52,774 nt of DNA. Origin: Spizellomyces punctatus DAOM BR117. Taxonomy: Eukaryota. Where the stretch lies: NCBI GenBank assembly GCA_000182565.2, contig KQ257452.1; one strand, written 5' to 3'. Position numbers and translations under genes: made by a program. This document shows, piece by piece, positions 35,646 to 47,559 of the stretch. Position 1 is the first letter of the stretch, and each line of letters starts with the position of its first letter. The notes below the pieces were generated by a model that was not told where the DNA came from, did not search any database, and worked only from the letters and a program-made list of their open reading frames with translations.

Positions 35646-38600
35646 ATGAGTCGACGATCAGTATGTCTTATATGGATATATATAACTGCATTCGTTCTCT
35701 TGCAGTCTGCCACGTTGACGGCAGCTGCGAAATTTTGTGGTATGTCTTAGGTGTCTGTAGACGGATGCTGCACAGGTGATGGCCGCCTTTGGAAGAACTG
35801 CAGGAGTTTTGCGTTATAGAAGTGCATTTTCTGTTCAGAAGTTTTTGGCGTCGTCTACCTATAAAACACCGAAATGCCATGAGGACGAGGAATTGAATGT
35901 GCTACCTTCTTTTCATAGCTGCCGATTATTATGTTCAAGACTTGCCTGACTTGCAACCTGATGTAACAGAAACATTCAAAATGCACGCAGGGTAGGTGAT
36001 GCAACGATGGAGATGCTCTCGTCAGGCATCACTTCATGCTCATCGAACGTTACCAGACACATGCCTGTAGATGATGCAGGGAACTGGCAGCTATTCTTTT
36101 GGCTGGTTCAGGCACGCAATAACCTGCCAAAGGATAAGCTCGTATGTATAGAATGATCTGTCTCTGATGTATGCTATCCCTGGTAGTCTCTTGTCTAAAA
36201 TAATGCCTTTCTTGTCCTCAGGTTATCTGGCTAAATGGAGGTATGGGGCAATTCGTCGGTTCTGAATCCCCCATCGTTGATGGTTTTTATAATGATAACT
36301 ATTTGTAGGGCCTGGATGGTAGGTTTCCTACTCCATGAACGCGAGAGGACAGAACCTCCCGGTATTAACGTGCCTTTGCTATGTCACTCTTTTTCTCGTT
36401 TTCAGCTCGAGGTAGACGACCACGTCATTCGCAGTTATGGCAGCATGGTGACATTTCATTCTCTGATTAGCATGGACGGAATGTTCCTGGAAAACGGACC
36501 ATTTCGGGTGACCCCCGAAGGAAAAGTTGTTGTGAATCCTTACAGTTGGAGTCATAACGCAAATATTCTCTATGGTACTTTCAACACCATGTTCCGCAAT
36601 GATACCCAATTGCTCATCTATCGGTCCAGTTGATCAACCTGCCGGAACTGGCTTAGCTTACACCAATGGGACTTACGCAACAAGTCAGGCGCAAGTGAGT
36701 AAACCAACAGCTGCACACCGTTATTCTTTGGATTCCTTCCTGGCCATTCATAAACTTTGCTAGTCAATTTCTGACTTTTCTAAATAATTTCCTGACGGCG
36801 TTTCCGGAATTTTGGCGGAGCGAGGTGGGACTGGTGACGATTTTCGTCAAGAGTTTGGGAATGGGAAAGCACGTCTAATGTGTGTGCCGCAGATTTACAT
36901 AACTGGGGAAAGCTATGCTGGAATGTACATACCGTATATCGCGTCTGAGATACTGATGAGAAACAGGGCTAGCACTCAGAAGGTCGGTACGAGCAATTAT
37001 CATTATTCTTGGATACAGTCTTACCTAATGTTCGAATTAGCCCCCTTTGCACCTACGAGGTATTACGATCGGAAATGGATGGATGGATCCACTGCGGCAG
37101 GTAGAGACCCTTCAGGTTCATTAGGTTAACATCATACTTACTTTACCCTTGCACGCTAGTATCCAGCGTACATTCAATACGCTCAACACCACGGACTCCT
37201 TAGCGGGGAGTATCTGGTATGAAATTGGTCACTCTTCGGATCATGACAGTCGGGACGTTCCTCGCTTATGAACATTACAGGAAATCGCGATACGCAACTG
37301 GAATTCTTGCAGTCCGTCTTTACAGAAGGACGAGGTGGCGAAAAATGATGAGTGTGAGAAAATAGTGAATCAGATACTTCGTCAATCAGAAACTGGGTAT
37401 GCTCGCTTGCGATCGCTATAATTGTCCACTTGGATTGCTGATACTTGAGTTCCAGGAACCAGTACTGCATTAATATGTACGATATCCGACTGAGGGACAC
37501 TGGTCCTAATCAATATTGTGGAATGGCTTGGCCCGACGGCCTATCGGCTGTTACCCAGTATTTACATGTACGCTCATCGCACGAGTAACCCATAGTCCTA
37601 ACTATTGCTGACAAGGCAGTACCATTATAGAGGAGCGATGTCGTGGCAGCGTTACACGCCACTGCTGCACATAAGGCATGGCAAGAATGCGACTCGTCTG
37701 TTATGAATGCATTAGCCGCGGACAGAAGTGCTCCATCATATAAGGTACTGTCCGGCTTCCGATTTGAGTGGTTCCGTCTTTCAGTATTAATTGTTTTCCT
37801 TCGGCCAGCTATTACCGGATTTATTGTCGCAGATCGAAGTGACCCTATTCAGGTAGGATCAGGATGTGGAGGACCACGGAGGAGAAACTGAAGTTGTTGT
37901 GCTTGCAGCGGCGATCAAGATCTCATTTGTAATTGGTTCGGCACTCGAGATATGATTTCGGAGCTAGAGTGGAACGGTGGGAAGGGCTTTGAAGTAGGTC
38001 GCAGGACGTAATATCAGGTTAAAGAAACGCTCTGAATGCCATTTCTCCCTGCAGGATACTCCTAAAATGGATTGGTATGTGGATGACCAACTAGCGGGTT
38101 TCTATCAAACGGCAGGGAATCTTTCCTTTGTCGTTTTCTATGATGCCAGTCACATGGTGCCCATTGATAAGCCCAAAGAAGCACTGGCGATGTTTAATGG
38201 CGCAATTAGGGCCAATAGTACCATTAAATCTGTTCTAACAAAGGTATGTGTTGAGAGGAGCGACCTATTATATTTTAGGGTTATTCCATCCACATCTGAA
38301 ACACTCTATCTGTCAAATAGCCAGGATTTTCGGAGACGGTGCGACAACATTATTATGCGTAAGTCTTTTCCTTTCGGAAGGCAGCTGTCATGTCAACGCT
38401 AAAACCCATTCCTGGAAAGCGGCGGAGTGCTATTGGTGCTAATGCTATTAGGAACCATGGCGTACGGTGCTTACCGGTTACGTGATCGACTACCGTTCGT
38501 GAAGTCTGCAATGCAGAAAGTTGGTATGGATACCAGAAGAAGTGCGGCCGGACAGAGTAGCTCTTGGCAAGTTACAGTCAGGTGTTGTTGACTGCTATTT

Positions 38601-38714
38601 AACCACACTGATAATTGTCTGTATAGGCGTGAAGTGGAGGGCGGCGATGAAGAGGCTCTTTTTAATGCAGAGGACATAGAGGAGGAACATGACATGCGAC
38701 CGATTAACCGATGA
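35646..38714 (+). CDS. KEX1: Kex1-like serine carboxypeptidase (S10) with C-terminal TM
   Basis: Signal peptide, [49 protein letters not shown], then a TM and an acidic tail. Confidence 0.92.
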
Positions 38715-39156
38715 ATGTGTACAAGACTAATGTGTATAGCTTTTGTATATTACTGAAGTAAATTAATATAAACATCAAAACGTGTGTTGCTGTCTGCAGG
38801 GAAGAGAAATGTGAGGCGTATATGAGAACTCTGCTGACTGACTACACCCCACAGTGGGTTACTGTTCAACTTAAAAATTAAAGCATAGTGTTGCGGAAAC
38901 ATAATAACAGCGGTCCTTTGGACAACCATGCTCAGAGTATAGATAGAGTATAGATATTACTAGGTGGTTGGTACAATCAACCGTTATTACAACGGCATCT
39001 ACCGCGTCATCTTAATGAAACGCTTAGCCTGCCGGTAACGCTTGGGTTGGCAGATATCTGCAAGAGTTCCCTCAAATCGTGAACGCGTGACGGTCCTTAC
39101 CTGCGGCACTAGAGTAATCTAAAGGGGCAGCATCAGCACCGGTTGACACGAAAAGC

Positions 39157-41329
39157 ATGACCACGCCGACGGTGGAAGAGACGAGTGACGTGTCCATCGA
39201 CGCCCCAATCGTGGCATCTCACAACAAGTATCTGGAAGACCAGACCGTTGCTATTCGCTCGAGAACCATTCCATGGGAGGTACGCTGTTTCTTTCAGAAG
39301 GTTTAATATTCATGTTACGGAGAGAACTGTTGGGTGTGCCAAAGTATGAGAAAAGCGTCAAGCTCATCACAATGACGCCGTTGTACAGGGATATCAACGA
39401 GCAAGTCTTATCACGGAGGAAGAGCTTTCGCAAATACGTCAATTCGAAAAGTCACCCACCGCTGCGTTAAACGAGGTGAACAATATCATATAATGGTGCT
39501 CGGAACGCTCGTTATACTAGCTTTATCCCCTAACCAAATGTTAGGCGGGGGACAGTTACATTGACTTGTTCCTGAACCTTCTTCAAAAACTCAGCCGAGC
39601 TGATACCATCCAGAATAGCTTGGTTCTTATCGATGACGTTTTGGCTGGTTAGTGTCCGAAAACTCTAAAAAGGAAAATTCTTACGGACTTCTTGGTGCGC
39701 TAAGCTGTTTACTCTGTTCAGAGAGCGAGGGACGAGTTAATATATTCTACAGACTTGCAGAACAGAAAGGAGACATTTCATTACCTTATAGACCCTTTTT
39801 CAAGTAAGGCAATATACCCAAGGTCGTTAATGGTCCAGTCATGATAAATCTTTCCACAGATTGCTGAAAAAAGACGATGAGTATATTCAGCTGAAGTCCG
39901 CAAAGATTATCACATACTTGCTCATGTGAGTGGCCGAAGAATCATATGCGTGTCGTTCTACTGTATGTAGCTCAGTCAAGCTTGGCGACTTCAGACATTC
40001 AGATGCTGCGACCAAAGTGGATGCCACAGAGCTATTCGTGTGGATTGCCGAGCAGCTGCAGAATGCGAATGCAAATATTGTTGATATTGCCGTACAGCTC
40101 CTTCAGAGTCTATTGTCAGTACCCGAATACAGACTACCATTTTATCAAACGCCGAATGCTGTCCAGAGGTTTGAATCTGGTAGACGCAACAATTTCGGAT
40201 GCGGATAGCTTACATCTTCTCCAGCCTTGTAGGCATCTTAAAGAAGGGATCATCTAATGCCCAAATGCAATATCAAGTTATTTATACTTTGTGGCTGTTG
40301 ACCCTTATCAGGGAGATCGCTGCTGACCTGCAAAGGTAGTCTCGTCGATTTTGATGCATGAAACTGAAACAAGCATTTGGCTAAGAGATGGTGTGAAACC
40401 CGTCCGGCAGGAAGTTTGACGTGGTACCGGTCTTCATCGAAATTGCGAAAGCAGCTATCAAGGAGAAGGTTACACGTGTGGTGGTCGCAACCTTGCGGGT
40501 GAGACACGGATGCGAATGCCACGGACCACATTTGATGGAAATGAAGCTTACATTCATGTTACCTCACAGAACATGTTGAGTAAGGCACCACAAGAAAATA
40601 TGGCTGCGATGATAGGCAATAAACTCCTGAATGTTTGCGAAACACTGGCGGGAAGAAAATGGTCAGACACAGATATTACGGAGGATCTGGAGTACTTAAA
40701 AGAGGAGCTTGCAAAGAGCGTTGCGAATTTGAGGTATGGTCGCAGAGGGGTAAGGTAATGTAAAAACATTAACACTCTATTCCATGTCGTAGTACATGGG
40801 ATGAGTACGAGTCCGAAGTCAAGTCTGGAAAGTTGGAGTGGTCCCCGCCTCATTTGTCAGAACAGTTCTGGAAGCAGAACGCCAGTAAGCTGAATGACAG
40901 AGATCACGAACTATTGAGGTGAGAAATAAGGTCCCACGTGAAATTAAGCAACGCGTTGACTATGAAATTTTTTTCACTTTCAAGGATGCTCTCTCGAATC
41001 ATTGCGACATCTCAGTCGCCACTTGTCCTTGCCGTCGCTGCACATGACATTGGGCAGTACGTGAAGTACTGTGCAAACGGAAAGAGGCAAGCGGATGTGT
41101 TTCTCCGATTGCATGCGTTGGATAGCTTATGATCATGGGTTTGACTATAGGGCTCTCGATGAGATAGGTGCTAAGACACAAGTGATGCAGTTGATGACAC
41201 ATGCAGATCCTGACGTGCGATATCAGGCCCTCACTGCGGTGCAGTAAGTGTCTCTAGCATCCAGGGGCCTCAGATTAGGATGTTGACTTCGTCTTTAGGA
41301 AGTTGATGACTCATGCCTACAATTCTTGA
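39157..41329 (+). CDS. VMA13: V-type ATPase subunit H
   Basis: IRSRTIPWE, QMQYQVIYTLWLL, KEKVTRV, RKWSDTDI, GKLEWSPPH, FWKQNA, AVAAHDIGQYV and VRYQALTAVQKLM. Confidence 0.96.
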
Positions 41330-41524
41330 AGAGAAAAGTCCGAATTGGTAACACATTTGAAGCTATGTAATTCTTTATTTCAGTCATCAGAACGCTGAAA
41401 CCGGGGATGACAGACGGGTAGTAGGGCATTAGTCGTTATAGCTGCATAACTAAGGCCTCAGCTATCCTATAATTAATAATGAATTGGGCTACCAAACTGA
41501 ACGGAACCTGATGAAGGTGTTGAT

Positions 41525-43011
41525 TTACACGCACCTATCAGGTTCACCATTTCCAAAGAGCGCCCAGCGCATCAGCTCACCCACTACCTTACAATTCATG
41601 CTATTTCCAAGCACCCGCCAGCGTTGGATAGTGCTGAGGTCTGGTGGGAAAGCGAAGCTATGCTGCCTTTGTGACGTCACGTCGCTTGCATATGAATTTG
41701 AGGGTTTCGGTGCTTGGTCGTCGATTGGAAATGCATGTAGTCGGGCGATTCTAGCGAAGGAGCATGGATGCTAATTAGCATTGGTGATACCATCTTACCG
41801 GATAACACAAACGCACTCTGTCGGGGTAAAAAAGCGTAATCCCAATTTCTCAACCGCTGTCGAGGGATCATCGAGATACTTGGCGCCCTATAACATGGAG
41901 GGTTAGTATGGAAGGGCCCCGGTTGAAAAGACTTTTCCATTGAGCTCACATCGAAGCCCTTCGTTTGTAAGAAGGATCCTGCTCCTAGACCATGATGACC
42001 ATATGCTTTCGTGAAACAGGACGATCGCGTACTGAATGGTGTGACAATGGCTATGTGCGTAAGGCAATTCAGTCGTCTTCAATTCCCATATGGGACACAC
42101 CATTAGGACATACCTGCTTCGCTGAAAGCTCTTCTTCGTCGCACAAAAGGCTCGGGAACCGCATATATGTCCGCTATATTACCAGTTGGGTCATCCTCCA
42201 AGAAATCGGCTAGCGGCTGTGGTCCTTGATAGTTCTCATACGGCCAAGTCGTGCGGAGGTTGAGGACCGGCGGCGACTCTACCTCCTTCGTGGTACCTGT
42301 TCTGCGCGCCGTCAAATAGTATCTCATGCGATCATTTGGTATTCCGAACTGCAAAGGAGATAACAGCCACTCGGAGTATTCGTAACCCAAGCGGACAAGT
42401 TGCGACACAAGCAAGTCTCGACTACGGGATTTTTCGAAGTTTACCACATTCTCCAAGAAGATGTAAAAAGGGGGTTCCTTCAATATTGCTAGCAATTCGA
42501 TAAGATGGAGAAGCCCCTCCGCTCTGGCATCTTGGTCATCAAGTTGTTTACCGGCTGCGACACGATGAATTATTAGATCGAACCCAGTTAGTGCCACGAA
42601 AAACGGATGAATAGTCCGGCATACCTACTCCGCGTATAAGGTTGACAAGGAGGACTAAGAAGCCAACAGTTCGCATCGAATGACTCAACTGTCTGGGCCG
42701 ACACATGGTGAATTCCTACTTGGATGGGATTCACACCCCAGTTGAAGGTGTAACTCCACGATATTTGTCAGCAAATCTCAGCAGAGAGTTTGTATTGCCA
42801 AAAGTAGGCTGGTCCATTAAACACTACCATTGATTTGCAACCGGGTTGAGATCGAAGGAAGCGACCACTGTCCCGTCAACTCCAGACCATTTCAGGCCAT
42901 AATGCTAGCAGGTGGAGGATTTTAGTAGATGACACTAGGTGAACGGAGTACATTGCATAGTTTTACCATGCCTCCGATGCCAGAAAAAAACTCCAGTGCC
43001 CGTACTGTCAT
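41525..43011 (-). CDS. TRDMT1: DNMT2/TRDMT1 tRNA C5-cytosine methyltransferase
   Basis: Motif I LEFFSGIGGM, IV LSPPCQPY, VI LENV, VIII QFGIPNDRMRYY, the DNMT2-type CLTHSH/GS TRD region, LRFFTPTE and X LGNSMN. Confidence 0.93.
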
Positions 43012-43169
43012 GCCGTTGCAGTGAAGTCCCAATCGCGCAACAAACCAAAGTTAATTAACTTTCAGATATGAAGTTGTGTAACGTCGCTAGCGTGATGAGA
43101 TAAGCAGTTCCACATATGTTCTGACGAGAGTAGTTCCGCTTCTGTTGCATACAGACAATTGCCGGCAAC

Positions 43170-46100
43170 ATGTCCAAATCGAAGCATGTAAAAGTAGTAA
43201 TTCGGACGAGACCGACGTCCGATTATGCACAGGATATGATCAAATTCACTGGCGACCGAAAGGTACTTCGAATATCTGCGTTTTGAACACCCGTCGCTAC
43301 AGTTCATTCCTACTTAATATTAGGGGGTGCATATACACATTCCGAAAAACGTAGAAGGTGGCTTTATCAACAATCAGCAAGAAAACTGGGACTTTCGCTT
43401 CGACAGTATTTTGCATAATGTGTCACAAGAAACCGTATATGAGGAATGTGCAAGTTCTTTGTTGAAGGGAGTGTTGGAGGGTTACAATGGTATGTAAAGC
43501 TGGAAACCTTACCAGGCATGCAATATTGAGGTGCGCTGTTTTTCAAACTCTTTCTTTCTTCAACTTATTAATGACATGCTGCTGAAGGCACAATCATGGC
43601 GTACGGCCAAACAGGTAAGTGTCCTCCTCATATCAATTCGTTATCATTTTACCGATGAATTCTATTATGCTACCTCAGGAGCTGGAAAAACATTTACAAT
43701 GTTGGTAGTATCAATTGTTAGCACCGCCTTTATGCTTTGCTGACCAGCATGATATTTTATAGGACCGGTGCTACAGAAAATTACAAGCACAGGGGCCTTA
43801 TACCGCGGACAATTTCACATGTCTTCCGGGAGATTGGCGAGCGTCCTCAGCTCTCTTACGTTGTTCGTGTAAGCTATATCGAGATATATAATGAACAGAT
43901 GGTGGATTTGCTAGGAAATCTTCCTGATGCATTGAGACTGGACAGCAACTTGAATGTAGTCGAAGATAGAACCGGTAAATCTGATGGGAAGACAGGTGCA
44001 ATTCAAATGATGTGTCACTAACCACTCTCTTTCTTATCAGGGACAGCTCAGGTGAAAGGGTTAACAATGAAGATTGCGACTAGCGAGGAAGAAGCGCTCA
44101 GCTACCTCTTTGAGGGTGAAACAACGAGATCTATTGCAGAGCATCAGCTAAACCGAAACTCTTCAAGGTTAGCAGCTGCGCCAGAGATGGATTCATACTT
44201 TAGCGTGTTTTGCTGAAAAGGCATGGGTAGATCACATTGCGTCTTCACTATCTACCTCGAGTCGCGTTCAAGAATCGAATCCTCTGAGAAAGTCTTATTT
44301 AGTAAATTGAACCTGGTCGATCTCGCCGGGTCTGAGCGATTATCAAAAACACATACAACAGGCGTCTCTCTTCGAGAAGCTATGTGTACGTAAACAATGC
44401 TGGTACCTTCCGTCTCATCGTAGTCTAAACCTCACCTTTCAGATATCAACAAGTCCCTCACTTTCCTTGAACAAGTTATTGTTGCGCTGGCAGACAAGAG
44501 AAGGCAGGCTTTCATTATTTTCTGGCCTCTTCGGTGAAGTCTTACAAACTATCGGTCCATCACATAGAGGACACATACCTTATCGTCAGTCAAAGCTAAC
44601 GAACGTGCTGCGGGATGCTCTCGGAGGGAACTGCAATACTTTAATGATATCGAATATACGGTGTGAGTGCTAATATCCGGTCCAGCCCATATTTTTTGAA
44701 TTAATGGTTAGACTTTTACAGGTGAGGCGGATTATATCGAGGAAACCATATCAACCCTTCGTTTTGCCACGAGGATGATGTGCGTAACGAACACGCCCGA
44801 ACTGAATGTGCAATATGATCCGATAGCGCTGATAAAGAAATACGAGCGGGAAATCAAAGAGCTTAAGCAGGAGTTATCCATGCATGACACACTTAGCAAT
44901 CGCAGCCACGTCCAACATGAACCATTCAGCGAACCCCAGCGGCTGGAGCTTCAAAGACAGGTTAAAGCTTTTCTCGAGAACGAGGAAGACGAAATAGAGG
45001 TACGTATAGCCGCATTAGAAGATTTGTCGATTCACTAAGAGACCAACAGGTGGGAATCTATAGATAGTAAGCCTGCGACAAATCAGGGAGATATTCCACC
45101 AGTTTCGCATGTTGTACAAGACCCAAGAACAGGAAAATGAGGATTGGCAACGAATTCACAGGAATGCAATCGGAACTCACCCCACTATGGCGAAAGATGA
45201 TGCTACAGAGAATATCAATATGGTTGGCTAATTTGGTCATCGATTGTGCACATGCAAAAGTTTGCTAAGGCTCCATTTTCAGAATACCCGTCCCTTAGAT
45301 GAAAAGGATGACGGCGTAGGGGAATTGGAAGGAACAGGATTTGGACTTGGTCTGGTACGACTGAACAAGCTGATGAACTGAGTACTACGGGAAAATAATA
45401 GTTTTGTCTGCAGGCACCTTCAGGTGGTCGGCAAACGGGAGGCATTGCGATGGCAGCTGGTGGTACGCGGGGTCCTAAGGATAGGCGACGTAAAAATAGT
45501 AGGATCCCAGGACTTGGCTTATCTGCACAAATGGGTGCTCCAGCTCACACGGAAGTTGAAGAAGAAGACGGAAAACACGAGGTTGGTTTGCACCTTCCTT
45601 GTAGGCATGGGACCGTTGCTGACATTCAATATAAACTGGGTTACTTGAAGATTCCCATGGAGAGAGATCGGATACCATCTCCGCCCACGAAGGTGACGGA
45701 GATTTCATCCCCTGCAGAGTCAAGTGGGCTTCCACCACTGCCGAATGCCCATCATCCAAACAAAAACAACCGGTCGCTCGCCCCACCTCCGAGTAGAGCT
45801 GATGAGTTCGAATCCTTCAAGCGTGGAAAAGGGGCAGATATTAATCGCATTCTTAACGAAAACAAGTGTAAGAAATTGCAGAGGAGCGCCCTGTGCTTCA
45901 GCTTGTAGTAGGTGGGCACTGATTGGATGGGTCACAGTCATATTGCGCGATAAGAAGAAACATGCCAAGGACCTGGCGGCATCGGTCAATGATACCAAGA
46001 GACATATTGATGACTTAAAGATAAAAATTGACTGTAAGCGACATGATAGAACATGCGGAGGTAAAACTCCATGTCAAATTGAACAGCATATGATGACGAT

Positions 46101-46576
46101 ACTGATTTGTCTCGACTAGTGGAGATACAGCGAGATGATGAGGTTGTCATTGACGAAGAAGAGTATATCCTTTTGAACAGTCTGAAGCAGCTCAAACAAC
46201 ACTATCGAGAGCAGTATGAAGCACTTCGTACAGTTAGAGCGGACATTGAGTATTGCTCGCGTCTTGTTGATCAATGTCGGCAGAAGCTCATGGCTGAATT
46301 TGAGCAATGGTATGAGATACAGTATGGAGGGCAATTACCCGAGGACGGTTCAGATGGTCAGGTCGAGGTGAGTGCTTTAAAACCTTGTGATTTCCGTGGT
46401 TGTTCGATGCAGGGCTAATATGTCATCTTTAGGACTTGATGGATATCGGTGAGAAATTCGACAGATTGCAAATGGAGCGCATGTCCCAGGAAGATCCGGA
46501 TTCGCTGCCATTCTATAATGCCCGTAAGAACACCGAAAGACGATATCACAAAGGCCCACGAAGTAAGAGGCATTAA
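43170..46576 (+). CDS. KIF9: Kinesin-9 family motor (KIF9-like)
   Basis: VKVVIRTRPT, INNQQENWDF, YGQTGAGKT, GATENYKHRG, SSRSH and DLAGSE. C-terminal VIDEEEY and DPDSLPFYNA. Confidence 0.93.
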
Positions 46577-47149
46577 TCACCTCCTACTATGGAACTCACA
46601 TTCTGAGCTGGGGAATTGGTCAAAATTAACCAGTATTGGAATTGTGCCCCTGGTCAAAAAATAAGTGATAAGTGATAATTATTCAAAATTTTCATCATTA
46701 TAATATGGAGCCACCTGAACCCATTATATGCACCCAGTATTTGATTTTGCAAATCTCCTCCTTTTTAGTATCTGGAAGGCTATCAACCTACAGTTGGCCA
46801 ACCATTTTTTCCAAGCAAAGCAAAATTAATAGTGTACAATAAGAGCTTAATTACTCTTTTGGCTAGCTGAAATAAATACTAGAAAATTATCCTTCATCAG
46901 GTATATTTGGAAAATTTGCATAATAGGGATACTGTGGAAAGAATTTATCTGGAATACTCCTTTACTCTAGAAATATTATATAATATACAGTAGTAATACA
47001 TAGAAAGGAGCTTGGAACTTTCTTAGCTATAAAACTTTGGGACTAACAGATACATTGTAACAGGCTAGCAGGGACAAGAAGACAACAGAAAACTAGGGAA
47101 GACTTGGTTACTACTTGTTATTCTTTTGAGGGGTCTCAGAGAGGTCCTC

Positions 47150-47157
47150 TTTTTATA
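47150..47157 (-). promoter_or_regulatory. LTR TATA box
   Basis: TATAAAAA on the minus strand, downstream of the U3 repeats. Confidence 0.55.
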
Positions 47158-47191
47158 GACAAAGGGGCTGACAAATGCTATATCCTAACTA

Positions 47192-47342
47192 CCCAATCAG
47201 ATCTCACCCACATCATCCTAAACTATTTGTCAGCCTATTGCACCATTTGCAACCAATCAGATCTTGTACATGTCATCCTAAACTATTTGTCAGCCTATTG
47301 CACCATTTATAGCCAGTCACAAGTGAGACAAGTCATCCTAAA
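47192..47342. repeat. 60-bp tandem repeat (~2.5 copies) in LTR U3
   Basis: TCATCCTAAACTATTTGTCAGCCTATTGCACCATTT and CCAATCAGATCT recur at a 60-bp period. Confidence 0.9.
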
Positions 47343-47543
47343 TACACTGTGCCACTTGATTGAAAGGGGCAGATGCCAGTGTGTCAGGATACTCATCTAA
47401 TTTAGCCAGAAATGGCTAAATCTGCTTATTTATCTAATTCTGGTCAAATGAATGCTGACACCATCAGCAAAGTCATGTGACCACTAGTTTGGAACCACAT
47501 CTAACCAGTATAACCATAGCACTGACAGAAGAATTCTGTCACA

Positions 47544-47555
47544 CTCCCCCACTTT
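47544..47555 (-). other. Polypurine tract
   Basis: Minus-strand AAAGTGGGGGAG lies between the pol stop and the LTR TG. Confidence 0.85.
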
Positions 47556-47559
47556 AAGA

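Larger units (their letters stand above)
47056..47543 (-). repeat. 3' LTR (488 bp)
   Basis: On the minus strand it begins TGTGACAG and ends CTGTTACA (7/8 inverted termini), directly after the PPT. Candidate TSD TACAT at 47051-55. The partner LTR is not in the window. Confidence 0.82.

Noticed and set aside
41689-41700. CATATGAAT in DNMT2 as a host target of the Fanzor guide
   Set aside because: Only the TAM plus 5 nt match before diverging (TTG versus GTC), which is expected by chance.
41525-43011. DNMT2 as the enzyme causing the nearby CpG loss
   Set aside because: The DNMT2 family mainly methylates tRNA C38, and proximity alone is not evidence.
46577-47055. Separate transposon remnant in the AT-rich LTR flank
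   Set aside because: No termini, TSD or coding remnants are visible. Only the CpG depletion is supported.
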